Part shown: positions 1 through 8,347 of the stretch, one piece after another | Position numbering within the stretch: the first letter of the stretch is position 1 | Layout of the letters: every line of letters starts with the position of its first letter | Assembly (NCBI GenBank): GCA_943371815.1 | Contig: CALRWB020000003.1 | Location: 68,707 to 108,706, forward strand | Direction of reading: 5' to 3' | DNA from: Chitinophaga pinensis | GTDB lineage: Bacteria > Cyanobacteriota > Cyanobacteriia > PCC-6307 > Cyanobiaceae | DNA length: 40,000 nucleotides | Notes under the pieces: model-generated | The model's input: only the letters and a program-made list of their open reading frames with translations | What the model was told of the DNA's origin: nothing | Database searches by the model: none | Position numbers and translations under genes: made by a program

Positions 1-283
1 TTTTACACACAGGCATGACTACCGGGAACCGCATATAGGCAACAGATGCAGCGGTTGCTTTGATCGACATAGTTGTCCCCGCCCTGCGTCGTCAGGCGGC
101 TGGAGGTGGTATTGCAACTAGGGCGCCGGGTGAATTGGGTTGCCACCAGGCCGTCAAACACCCACCTGAATCCCTCGTCGAGTCCTCGCGCTGCGTCAAG
201 GATCGGGCCATGCGCCCCGTTGGGGCGTCCTTGTCACATCCCTGCGGCTGGCCGTTGGGGGTGGGGTTCTCTGCCGTCTCTAG

Positions 284-901
284 ATGGCTTCCCCGCTTTC
301 CACCTCACGCCAGCAGCAGCAAGCCAAGGCCCTTAGCCGCTCTGCCCTCCTGGCCCGCGATGCCTTGGTGCTGGAGCACCTGCCGCTGGCTGATGCCGTT
401 GCCTCAGCTGCAGCCCGCCGCTTCTTCCCTTTGGTCGAGCGGGAGGATCTGATCCAGGTAGCCCGTGAGGCGCTGATTCGCTCCGCTCCCAGCTGCCGCG
501 CTGGCGAGCCTGCCGCTCCATACCTGCGCCGCTGCATCAGCGGGGCCCTGCAGCATCACCTGCGGGATCGCGTGCGCCTCGTGCGAGTGCCCAGGCAGGT
601 CCACGAAGCAGGTGATTGCCCCTTGGGCCACAGCAGCCTCGATGCCAGCACCAATGGCGAGCCTTGCCTGCTCGGTCAGCTGGCCAGCCCAGAGCAAGAA
701 GCAGCCGGGCCCGCTGATGATCTGGCGCTGGAGCAGCTAGTAGAGCAGCTGCCTGCAGCTCAAGCCACGGCCCTGAGGCTCACCATCCTGGAGGGCCTGT
801 CGCTCCGGCAGGCAGCAGAGCAGCTGCAAATCAGCGCCATGTCGGTTCAGCGGGCCCAAAAGAAGGCAATCGAGTCCCTGCGGAAGCTGCTCCAGGCCTG
901 A
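284..901 (+). CDS. RNA polymerase sigma factor, sigma-70 family (group-3/SigF-like), full length
   Basis: 205-aa ORF. Region-2-like block EDLIQVAREALIRS...YLRRCISGALQHHLRDRVRLVRVPRQV. C-terminal region-4 HTH: LSLRQAAEQLQISAMSVQRAQKKAIESLRKL. Confidence 0.8.
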   Translation: MASPLSTSRQQQQAKALSRSALLARDALVLEHLPLADAVASAAARRFFPLVEREDLIQVAREALIRSAPSCRAGEPAAPYLRRCISGALQHHLRDRVRLVRVPRQVHEAGDCPLGHSSLDASTNGEPCLLGQLASPEQEAAGPADDLALEQLVEQLPAAQATALRLTILEGLSLRQAAEQLQISAMSVQRAQKKAIESLRKLLQA

Positions 902-1107
902 GGCCTTGGGCCGCCTCTGGCGGCCTTAAACCCTTGCTCCACCCACTCGCGCCTGCTCAGGGTTCCGCTGCGGTTCCTACAGACACAAGCTTTGATTCCT
1001 TGTCTTGCCCACCAGTGGCTTGCTCCGGGCTTCCTCAGTCTGAGGCATTCCTGCGTCATGCCTCCGCTTCGGGAAGTCCCTTCGCTGCGCCCCATGGCGC
1101 CGATTTC

Positions 1108-1431
1108 ATGGCTTCTCATTCAGCTGCCGCCTCACCGTTCTGCAGGCCTGAGGAAGATCCGTTCCTGCTGCTCGAATCCACGCTGCGCTCGATGGAGGAG
1201 ATCCTGCGCCGTAGCCGCGGGTTGCCGCTGCGTCGCACCTGGATCGAGCAGCCCTATGGAGAGGAAGAGATCACGATCCTGGAAGAGGAGGTGATCCCCG
1301 CGATCCAGCAATGCCTGGCGCGGGTGGATGAGCTCGATGAGCGGCTGCTGGCCCAGCAGGAGCTGCTGCAGCGTTGCCAGCTGGAGGCTGGTCGTGAGGC
1401 GCTGGCTGAGTTGAGGCTGCAGATGGCCTGA
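1108..1431 (+). CDS. Hypothetical acidic coiled-coil protein (start uncertain; ORF opens at TTG 934)
   Basis: ATG at 1108. E/L-rich helical sequence (EEILRRSRG...VDELDERLLAQQELLQRCQLEAGREALAELRLQMA). The antisense 222-aa ORF looks like a typical L/Q-rich shadow frame. Confidence 0.45.
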   Translation: MASHSAAASPFCRPEEDPFLLLESTLRSMEEILRRSRGLPLRRTWIEQPYGEEEITILEEEVIPAIQQCLARVDELDERLLAQQELLQRCQLEAGREALAELRLQMA

Positions 1432-1955
1432 GGCCCAGGGCCCGCCGGGAGCCCTGATCCCGGCATCTCTTTTCTGATGTGTCCAGTCCGGCAGTGGCTC
1501 ACTCCGCATCTGATCGAGGTCCAGCTCAGGTCGTCTGGTCATGCCGGCGGTGGCGGAGCGCAGCGGCAGGGCAGCACGGAGGTGGCGGTGGTCCATAGCG
1601 CCGGAGAGCACTTCCCCGATGGTCCGCCCCTCGGCCAGCAGCCACCAGAAGCGGTGGGCTGACAGCGCCACAGCGTCAAGGCCAAGGCGAGCACCTGAGC
1701 GGTGACCTTGACCCCGTGGCTCAGGGGCGTGGAGGGGGGCGTTTCTTCTCCAGTTCGCCATGGAAGCCACCACCAATCCCTGCCGATCCCGCCAGCGCAA
1801 GCCACAGCGCCGTCATCCAGTGCAGGTCGCCCAGCAGCTGGTGCTCTTCTCCCTGCCGGTTCCACAGCCGATCGGCTGCTGCTGGGATCTGATCTGCCCA
1901 GAGGCCGGCTGGGAGGAGCCGCTTAGCTGGAGCGTGTAGAGCCTCCAGCCGGCTC

Positions 1956-2183
1956 TCAGCGCCGTGCGCCCGTGGCGGGCTTGAGCTGGCTGAGCTCCTG
2001 GGCCTCGGCCTCCTGGAGGTGCTGCGACCAGGCATGGCGCAGATCGTTGTGGGTGACCCGGTAGCCCAAGCGCCGTGCGGTCTGCAGCAGCTCATTGCGG
2101 GTGCGGCAACGGCGCAAGACGCCCTGGAGTTGAGCATTGGCTTCTGCATCAACCACCATCCGCTCCAGATCCGACCAGCTCAT
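1956..2183 (-). CDS. Nif11-domain-like small protein (75 aa from internal ATG)
   Basis: MSWSDLERMVVDAEANAQLQGVLRRCRTRNELLQTARRLGYRVTHNDLRHAW fits the Nif11 N-terminal domain pattern. GGAGGGAG lies immediately upstream of the ATG at 2183. Confidence 0.6.
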   Translation of the reverse strand: MSWSDLERMVVDAEANAQLQGVLRRCRTRNELLQTARRLGYRVTHNDLRHAWSQHLQEAEAQELSQLKPATGARR

Positions 2184-2314
2184 CTCCCTCCGCTCTGGGG
2201 GCATTGGCACCATCGCGCAGGTGGCGAGGTTGGCCAGGTTCAGCAAGGCACGCTTCGCTCGATTCTTTGCGATCAGCTGAGAGACCCTGATGGGGCTGCT
2301 GAGTGGCGTGGCTT

Positions 2315-3559
2315 TCAGATGCCCCGGGGCCAAAGCAGGCCGCTGGTAGGGCGAGCTGAGCCGCCGGGGCTGCCTCCACCATCACCACCTCCTCCGCTTC
2401 CTCCTCCCCCGCCGCCTGAGCCAGGGTCCAGCAGTGGTCCCTGCTGCGGATGCTGGCGTGCGCCCACCGCACTCATGTGCGGGAAGTTGCGGATGAAGTC
2501 CGCCGAGCCCGTCACCAGCTGCAGACCGATCGGCGGCAGGCCGGTGATGAAGTGCAGTTCGTTCGACTCCTTCCACTGGCTCAGGCTGAGGGCTGAGCGC
2601 CAGGGGCTGCTCTGGTTGTGACTGATGCCAGTGGGCACCCACAGCCAGACGTCACGGTCGCTGGAGCGCTGGCCCAGCTGGATCATCACCCCGTCGGAGC
2701 GTGTCACCCTGCCGAAATGGGTGCTGGCGCCGCGCGTGCTGGTGGAGCCGATGTAGAGCGGCGCCGGCAGCTGGATTAACGGCGGCGGGCTGTCAAACAG
2801 GCCCTGGGGCTGAAGCACGAAGTCGTAATGGCCCAGGGCAATTCCACTGCGCAGCTGGTGGCCGCTGGCGTAGATGCTGCTACCGATGGCAGAAGGCAGG
2901 CCGCCAAAGCGATCGCCTGAATAGCCGTGCAGCACGATCTGGCCATAGAACTGCCGGTCGGTCTTGGGGAAGATCGCGATCGAGTTCCAGCCCAAGGTGC
3001 CGGGGCTCTTGTAGAGGGCATGGCAGCTGTCGCGGTGCAGGTCCTCATTGCCGCCGTAGGTCTTGAGCGCCCAGCAGAAAAACTCCTGGCCAGGCGTGGT
3101 GTCGCGTGCGATCAGCAGGATTGCGCCGGCGCTGGTTGCCCCGATGAGGGAGCTGTCGACATAGGCCAGTCCGGTGCTGTTGGCGGAGGAGTTGCTGTAG
3201 GTGCCGTAGCCACCGTTGCCGGTGGTGTCTGAGAAGGTGCTGGCCTTGGCGCTGCCGAACATCGCGCTGCTGCTCGATTGGGTCTCGCCCTGGGCAGTAA
3301 GGCTGTCGGTGATGAACCAAAGGTGAGCGGGGTCGGCGGGATGGCCGAGTTGCCAGGTGTAGCCCCAGCGGTTGGCGGTGGCATCGGCGTGGGAGCGAAT
3401 CACCGAAAGGGGGGTGCTGGCATTGCCGGGCAGGGCATTGACCTCCGTTGCAAAGGCCCGGAAGGCCCCATCGAGCTGCATGCCGAACCCGGCGGGATCC
3501 TTGCTGGTCCACTTCCAGGTGCCGGGGGCAAACACCTGGCAGAACACCTGATAAGTCAT
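2315..3559 (-). CDS. Virion/tail-module protein with Gly-rich C-terminus, function unknown
   Basis: Start MTYQVF at 3559 is preceded by GGAGGTGG and overlaps the upstream stop (ATGA). Last large gene of the structural operon. C-terminal GSGGGGGGSGGGGDGGGS tract. Confidence 0.6.
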   Translation of the reverse strand: MTYQVFCQVFAPGTWKWTSKDPAGFGMQLDGAFRAFATEVNALPGNASTPLSVIRSHADATANRWGYTWQLGHPADPAHLWFITDSLTAQGETQSSSSAMFGSAKASTFSDTTGNGGYGTYSNSSANSTGLAYVDSSLIGATSAGAILLIARDTTPGQEFFCWALKTYGGNEDLHRDSCHALYKSPGTLGWNSIAIFPKTDRQFYGQIVLHGYSGDRFGGLPSAIGSSIYASGHQLRSGIALGHYDFVLQPQGLFDSPPPLIQLPAPLYIGSTSTRGASTHFGRVTRSDGVMIQLGQRSSDRDVWLWVPTGISHNQSSPWRSALSLSQWKESNELHFITGLPPIGLQLVTGSADFIRNFPHMSAVGARQHPQQGPLLDPGSGGGGGGSGGGGDGGGSPGGSARPTSGLLWPRGI

Positions 3560-4464
3560 TCCCCACCTCCAGCCGGTGGCGGGTTGGTGTTGGCCTCTTT
3601 GGTGCGCAGCAGCAGGCCATGGCTGCCGATCCCCAGCCACTCACTGCCATCAGGCAGCTTGTAGTAGTTCAGCGCAGCGCTGCTGATGTTCAGGGAAGCA
3701 AAATCCGGCGGAAGGATCAGGGGCTGCCAGAACTGGGCTGGTTCATTGGCGCTTTCGTAGTAGCTCCAGTCGGTGGTGGCAATCACCAGCTCAGCGGGGC
3801 GGCGGATCATCACCGGTGCCGTGAAGCTCTCCCGCAGCAGGTAGCGGGAGCCGGCGGGCTGGCCGGAGCGGGCGTTCCAGCTCACCGCCCGCAGGGCATC
3901 GAAGGTGGTGGAGGGAGGCGAGGCCGCCAGGATCCAGTGGCCGGAGACCTGATCGCGGGCGATCAGCAGCGGCATCGCCATCCGGTTGGTGAAACGGTGC
4001 TGGCTGTAAGCGAAAACGAAGTATTCAGCCCCTGGTGTCAATGACCAGCCCACCTGAGCGTTGAGGGGCAACGGCGTGAGGCTCCAGTCGCCGGTGGAGG
4101 AGGTGACATTGCCGGCGGGATAGATCCAGCCCAGTTCGTTGTCGGCACCGACGAACGGCTCGCTGTTGCCGATGCCGGGCATGATCCGCAGGCTGGTGCC
4201 GGTGAGAAATACCTCGAGGATCAGCACCGCCGGCTCGCCGCCCGGCGTGAGCTGCGAGAGGGTCGCCTCGATGCGCCAGCCGCAGGGGTCGCTGGCGGTG
4301 GCAGCGGGGTTGGGCGCCGTGGCGATGCGCAGCTGGTGCTGGTTCACCTGGGCGTTGGCCGCGGCGATCCAGTTCTCCAGGTAGCCGTTCACCTCGACGG
4401 TGACCGAGGGCCAGGTGACGGCTGTGCCGACGCGGCTGATGTCGATCAGGGTTCGGCTGCTCAT
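3556..4464 (-). CDS. Hypothetical virion/tail-module protein
   Basis: 302-aa ORF tightly packed in the minus-strand structural operon. Its stop overlaps the next start. Confidence 0.6.
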   Translation of the reverse strand: MSSRTLIDISRVGTAVTWPSVTVEVNGYLENWIAAANAQVNQHQLRIATAPNPAATASDPCGWRIEATLSQLTPGGEPAVLILEVFLTGTSLRIMPGIGNSEPFVGADNELGWIYPAGNVTSSTGDWSLTPLPLNAQVGWSLTPGAEYFVFAYSQHRFTNRMAMPLLIARDQVSGHWILAASPPSTTFDALRAVSWNARSGQPAGSRYLLRESFTAPVMIRRPAELVIATTDWSYYESANEPAQFWQPLILPPDFASLNISSAALNYYKLPDGSEWLGIGSHGLLLRTKEANTNPPPAGGGE

Positions 4465-4474
4465 GGGGTGCTCC

Positions 4475-4900
4475 TCATGGCGCCAGCACCACCGCCGTCA
4501 CGGTGAGGGCGATGGCGGCCTGACTGGTGCCGGTGTTGCGCACCAGCGCACGCAGGGGAGGTTGGGGTGAGGCGGTTGTTACCTCGCCGGAGAAGTAGGT
4601 GCCGCCCGGCGGTGCGGACACGACGAGGGCCTCAGCGGTGGTGGCCAGATCGAGCAGCACGCCACTACCGGGGGCGGGATCGCGGCTCACCGGGCGGCTG
4701 CCGTCGGCCTCCCTGGCGTTAGCTGAGCTGTAGAGGCTCACCCAGGCCGGTGCATCGGTGCTGATGGCCAGGAAATGGCCGAGGCGCCCCATACCGGGCA
4801 GGTCCAGCAGGGCACTGGAGCCCGGCAGCAGGGGCGTGGTGGTGCGGGTCACGCTCACCTGCTGTCCGGGAACCTGGGTGCGCGGCAGCCAGCTGGCCAT
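4475..4900 (-). CDS. Hypothetical virion/tail-module protein
   Basis: 141-aa ORF with 10-nt and 21-nt gaps to its operon neighbours. Confidence 0.55.
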   Translation of the reverse strand: MASWLPRTQVPGQQVSVTRTTTPLLPGSSALLDLPGMGRLGHFLAISTDAPAWVSLYSSANAREADGSRPVSRDPAPGSGVLLDLATTAEALVVSAPPGGTYFSGEVTTASPQPPLRALVRNTGTSQAAIALTVTAVVLAP

Positions 4901-4921
4901 GACTGGTTCAGTAGGCGGAGA

Positions 4922-6166
4922 TCAGGGCAGTACCTCGATGCGGCGGATTGCCCGCACCTGGGTGGCGGAGGCGATCGTCTTGCTCTCGGCAAACTGATCG
5001 CCCAGGTAGGTCATCCGCTGGTAGGCGGTGCCGCTGGCGACCTGGGTGGAGGTCCAGTGGAAGAAGGGATCGTCGCCGTAGTTCTCGTCGAAGTGCTTGA
5101 GCGTCTCCGCCCCACCAGCGCGGAAGGAGAGCACTGAGGTGAGGGCCGGATTGCTGTCGGTGTAGTTGCCGCCGGCCGGCACCGCATAGGGGTTGGCGCC
5201 ATAACCAGCACCTGAATACGTGCCATTGGCTGTCGCCTCCGGCTTGAAGGACCGGTACAGCACATCCCACTCCTGGGTGGCGGGCAGGTACCAGTCGTCG
5301 TAGCCGCTGATGGAGAGGGTGCGGCAGAAGCGTGCAGCGGGGTGGCTGGTGTTGTTCATCGCTTCGCTGTTCGCCCATCCGTCGAACACGCTGGAGGTGC
5401 CGCTGGTGGCGGTATTGGCGCTCTTCCAGGCCAGGTTGAGCGCCGAGCCAAAGGTCTTGGGCGAAATGATCAGCGCGTGCGTAGCCACGCCATTGGCGGT
5501 GTGACTGATCAGCCCCGCGTAGTAGCCGCCCTGGAAGGAGCTGCCGATGGCGGGCAGATCGGCCACGCGGATGGGCCCGAGCTGAAAGACGGTGCCGGTG
5601 AGCAGATCGAGGTAGAGGTCGCCATCCACCGCACCAGGAATGGTCAGCGGCGGTGCACCACTGCCGGTGAACCAGCCTGTGCCGCGGGGGCCGATCAGAC
5701 CATCGGAGCCGGCCGGGCCTTGGATACCTTGCGGTCCCTGCGGGCCAGCCGGTCCTTGGGGACCAGCCCCGCCAGCGGGGCCGGCCGCACCTGCAGGTCC
5801 CTGGGGTCCCTGGATGGAGCCGCCATTCACCCAGCTGTTGCTGCCCGAATCCCAGATCCGCAGCGAGTCATCAGCCTGCACCAGGTAGGCATCGCCCTGG
5901 GCGGCATTGGCCGGCAGGTTGGCGATCGCCGCCACCTGACCCTTGAAGTTGATGCCGATGCCCGCCGGACCCTGGATGCCCTGGCTGCCAGCAGGACCAG
6001 CGGGGCCTGATGGGCCGGGGGGACCTTCTGGGCCTTGCAGGCCGGCAGGTCCCTGGGCGCCTTGAAGACCAGCAGGCCCTTGGCTGCCCTGAACGCCGGG
6101 ACCGCCCTGCGGGCCGGCAGGTCCCTCAGGACCGCGAATTGAACCGGTGGAACTCCAGGAACCCAT
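4922..6166 (-). CDS. Collagen-like tail fibre protein with DUF1566-like C-terminal domain
   Basis: Two Gly-X-Y blocks of about 20 and 15 triplets (GPEGPAGPQ..., [13 protein letters not shown]...). Fibre motifs GDAYLV and [16 protein letters not shown]-terminal [18 protein letters not shown] resembles DUF1566. ATG at 6166; the listed GTG at 6199 lies inside the upstream motif. Confidence 0.8.
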   Translation of the reverse strand: MGSWSSTGSIRGPEGPAGPQGGPGVQGSQGPAGLQGAQGPAGLQGPEGPPGPSGPAGPAGSQGIQGPAGIGINFKGQVAAIANLPANAAQGDAYLVQADDSLRIWDSGSNSWVNGGSIQGPQGPAGAAGPAGGAGPQGPAGPQGPQGIQGPAGSDGLIGPRGTGWFTGSGAPPLTIPGAVDGDLYLDLLTGTVFQLGPIRVADLPAIGSSFQGGYYAGLISHTANGVATHALIISPKTFGSALNLAWKSANTATSGTSSVFDGWANSEAMNNTSHPAARFCRTLSISGYDDWYLPATQEWDVLYRSFKPEATANGTYSGAGYGANPYAVPAGGNYTDSNPALTSVLSFRAGGAETLKHFDENYGDDPFFHWTSTQVASGTAYQRMTYLGDQFAESKTIASATQVRAIRRIEVLP

Positions 6167-6193
6167 GGCAGCCAGTGGGCGGTGCGCCCGTCG

Positions 6194-6214
6194 CGTCACT
6201 GCCTATTGCCATGG
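6194..6214 (-). promoter_or_regulatory. Conserved intergenic motif, copy 1 (CCATGGCAATAGGCAGTGACG in gene orientation)
   Basis: Identical 21-mer to 9299-9319. Lies 27 nt upstream of the fibre gene ATG, in the gap after the 6256 stop. Confidence 0.5.
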
Positions 6215-6255
6215 AGCTCTTTGAGTAGCTCGGAGCCCCATCTAATGAAGCGCTC

Positions 6256-6642
6256 TCAGCTGAGCAGCAGAGAAATGGTCAGCCCTGCCGGCGAGCCAGC
6301 CACGGCGGTGATCTCCAGCCACATCCAGTGCTCAGCTGGAACAACGGCATTCGCAAAGCTGCTGAACGCTGTACCACTGCTGGTGCTGCTCACCGTCATC
6401 GCTGAGCTGGTCGAGGCCGCGCCAGTGGCCGATGTATCGGCCCCGTGGCGGAGATGGAAGCTGACGCTTGGACTGCTGCCGCCGCTCAGCACCGCATCCA
6501 CCCTGGTGACGGATAGCGAATGGAGAGCACGCAGCACGATGCGCTTCTCGTTGGCCTGCGGTGCGGCAAGCCAGATGGTCTGAGGCGGTGTCGCTCCGGG
6601 TGGACCCAACAGCGAGGTCAGCTGGCGCCAGGAAAGGGGCAT
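6256..6642 (-). CDS. Hypothetical virion protein
   Basis: 128-aa ORF within the structural operon. Confidence 0.5.
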   Translation of the reverse strand: MPLSWRQLTSLLGPPGATPPQTIWLAAPQANEKRIVLRALHSLSVTRVDAVLSGGSSPSVSFHLRHGADTSATGAASTSSAMTVSSTSSGTAFSSFANAVVPAEHWMWLEITAVAGSPAGLTISLLLS

Positions 6643-6676
6643 CGAGGGGAGCAGTGGCCGCTATGTCCTCTTGCCA

Positions 6677-7453
6677 TCAGGCCGCCAGCTCGTAGACCTG
6701 CCCTCTCAGCCGGTCCAGATAAAAGTCCCCCACCGCCGGTGACGGCTGCAGGGTGGAGGGCGGCGGGCCGTCGCCGGAATACCAGCGGGTGGCCCTACTG
6801 CCGACACCCGATTCCTGCACCACCGCCAGGGCCGGCTCGCCGCTGCTCGGGTCCGGCATGAAGCCCAATCCGCCATTGGGGTGAAGGCGCAGGCGCCAGA
6901 CGACGGCATGGCGGCCGTCGTAGGGCTCACCGGTGATGCCGCCGCTGGGGATCAGTGGCTGGATCACGCCTGCTGTGCCGCCACCGCCATCGCGATTGTT
7001 GAGCAGTTGCTGGGGCGGCACCGGACAGCCCACCAAAGCGACCTGCAGGGTGGCGATCAGCATGCCCAGCTGCACCTGCACGGTCACATCGGCCCGCTGG
7101 GCATAGACGTGCCGCAGACGTGGGGCTTGCCTGGAGATCGCCGGCCAGGGCATCACGTTGCTGCTGCCATCACCCCAGGTGATCGAGATCGGCGTGGGGA
7201 TGCTCTGGCGCGGGTTGATCAGCAGCTCGATCGCGGCCGAACCGATCGGTTCGTTCCAGCGGCTGTCGGCTGGCAGCCAAAACAGTTCCAGGTCATCGGC
7301 CGGAATCGGGCCCTTGCGGTAGCCCAGTTCGGCCCAGCGGCTGAACTCCATCGGCAGCACCCATTGCTCCACCCCCGGGCAACCCACTGGTGGAAGCAGT
7401 CGCACCCGTTGGCCGCCCACGGTGCGTGGTTGCTGGGGCAGGGGGTAGGGCAT
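6677..7453 (-). CDS. Fibre-like protein with PKD-like segment
   Basis: ISITWGDGSS...RLRHVYAQRADVTVQVQL resembles a PKD repeat. C-terminal GDGPPPSTLQPSPAVGDFYLDRLRGQVYEL is a typical phage fibre motif. Confidence 0.65.
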   Translation of the reverse strand: MPYPLPQQPRTVGGQRVRLLPPVGCPGVEQWVLPMEFSRWAELGYRKGPIPADDLELFWLPADSRWNEPIGSAAIELLINPRQSIPTPISITWGDGSSNVMPWPAISRQAPRLRHVYAQRADVTVQVQLGMLIATLQVALVGCPVPPQQLLNNRDGGGGTAGVIQPLIPSGGITGEPYDGRHAVVWRLRLHPNGGLGFMPDPSSGEPALAVVQESGVGSRATRWYSGDGPPPSTLQPSPAVGDFYLDRLRGQVYELAA

Positions 7454-7471
7454 GGCCAGCAGGTGGTGGGA

Positions 7472-7873
7472 TCAAATCAGCGGGTCGTCCAGGAGGCCTT
7501 CTGGCAGGGCGCTGAGCGGCGCATCCTGTTCCGCAGGTGCACTCGGCTGGGGGAGGGGAGCAGCGTCGGCCGCGGCCTCCGGATTCAGCTCTTCCCTGGA
7601 TTTGCGGCTCCGCTTGCCGCGGGCTGATGCAGTTCTTGCATCACCTGCTCCCTCGTGCTCCGGCTCAGATGGCAGAGCAGCGGTTGTTGGTTCGCTGCCC
7701 TCCTCCGCAATGCGGATGTCCCTTGTGGCCGCAGGCGCTTTCGCCCCGACCACGCGCCACCCGATTGCCAGCCAGCCGGGTAAATGCACCGGCCAGACAT
7801 GGCGCTCCTCCGGCCCCTTGCTGATGCGCAGCATCCCTGCCGTCTGGGAACCTGCTCCGTGCAGCGCTGTCAT
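7472..7873 (-). CDS. Hypothetical virion protein
   Basis: 133-aa ORF. Its start is 2 nt from the upstream stop. Confidence 0.5.
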   Translation of the reverse strand: MTALHGAGSQTAGMLRISKGPEERHVWPVHLPGWLAIGWRVVGAKAPAATRDIRIAEEGSEPTTAALPSEPEHEGAGDARTASARGKRSRKSREELNPEAAADAAPLPQPSAPAEQDAPLSALPEGLLDDPLI

Positions 7874-7875
7874 GG

Positions 7876-8313
7876 TCAGGCCGGCAGGGTGGCGGTAAGG
7901 CCCACCACCATCCCCTCGGGCGTCGAGGGGGTGACGACAGCCTTGGCAAAGCAGAGCGCCGGCAGATCGGCGTTATCGACATCGGCCGTGTCCAGCAGGA
8001 TGTCGTGGCCGCTGATGTAGGCCTCCACCCGGCCACCTTCTGCTGGCACAGCGACGGTGGCGACGGGGATGAAGGTGCCCCTGGTTCCGTCGCGCAGCTC
8101 GGGCGCCAGGTGCAGCACCACCGTCACCGCAGCGCTGTGGCCGGGGTGGGACACCAGTAGGGAGAAGCGGGCAGCGGCATCAAGCTTGGTGTTGAGCTTC
8201 ACTACCTCACCGCTGCTGAACACCTTCTCGGTGTCACGGGTGGCGGAGCGGTTGGTCCAGCCCACCAGCAAGGTGGCGGCATCCAGCAAAGGGTTGGCTT
8301 TGAGGCGGGTCAT
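7876..8313 (-). CDS. Hypothetical head-associated protein (immediately downstream of capsid gene)
   Basis: Internal ATG at 8313 (MTRLKANPLL) is preceded by GGAGAA. The longer listed ORF would overlap the capsid gene. Confidence 0.55.
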   Translation of the reverse strand: MTRLKANPLLDAATLLVGWTNRSATRDTEKVFSSGEVVKLNTKLDAAARFSLLVSHPGHSAAVTVVLHLAPELRDGTRGTFIPVATVAVPAEGGRVEAYISGHDILLDTADVDNADLPALCFAKAVVTPSTPEGMVVGLTATLPA

Positions 8314-8347
8314 GGGTCGTTCTCCAGTCAGGGAATTCAGGGGGCGA

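Noticed and set aside
60-537. Overlapping ORFs upstream of and within the first sigma gene
   Set aside because: They have no protein-like features and overlap the well-supported sigma ORF. The 1-283 region is treated as non-coding or unknown.
1436-1456. Hairpin CAGGGC-N9-GCCCTG after the coiled-coil gene as an intrinsic terminator
   Set aside because: The stem is only 6 bp and the T-rich tract (TCTCTTTTCT) starts 13 nt downstream rather than adjacent. This is too weak to call.
1132-1800. 222-aa minus-strand ORF overlapping the plus-strand coiled-coil gene
   Set aside because: Its 3' 300 nt is the L/Q-rich antisense shadow of an E/L-rich helical protein. The 5' part (about 1440-1761) reads somewhat protein-like, but it has no independent stop. 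The 1432-1955 region is therefore left unannotated; it may hold a decayed gene.
1956-2183. Nif11-like protein as a RiPP (prochlorosin-type) precursor
   Set aside because: There is no Gly-Gly leader cleavage site, no Cys/Ser/Thr-rich core, and no LanM or other maturation gene in the window.
5675-6133. Nucleotide periodicity resembling a tandem repeat or array
   Set aside because: It is explained by Gly-X-Y collagen codons within the fibre gene. It is not a CRISPR array or a non-coding repeat array, and no CRISPR array was seen anywhere in the window.
6194-6214. Reading the TGGCA-containing motif as a sigma-54 (-24/-12) promoter
   Set aside because: There is no TTGC(A/T) element at the proper spacing, and cyanobacteria are not known to have sigma-54.
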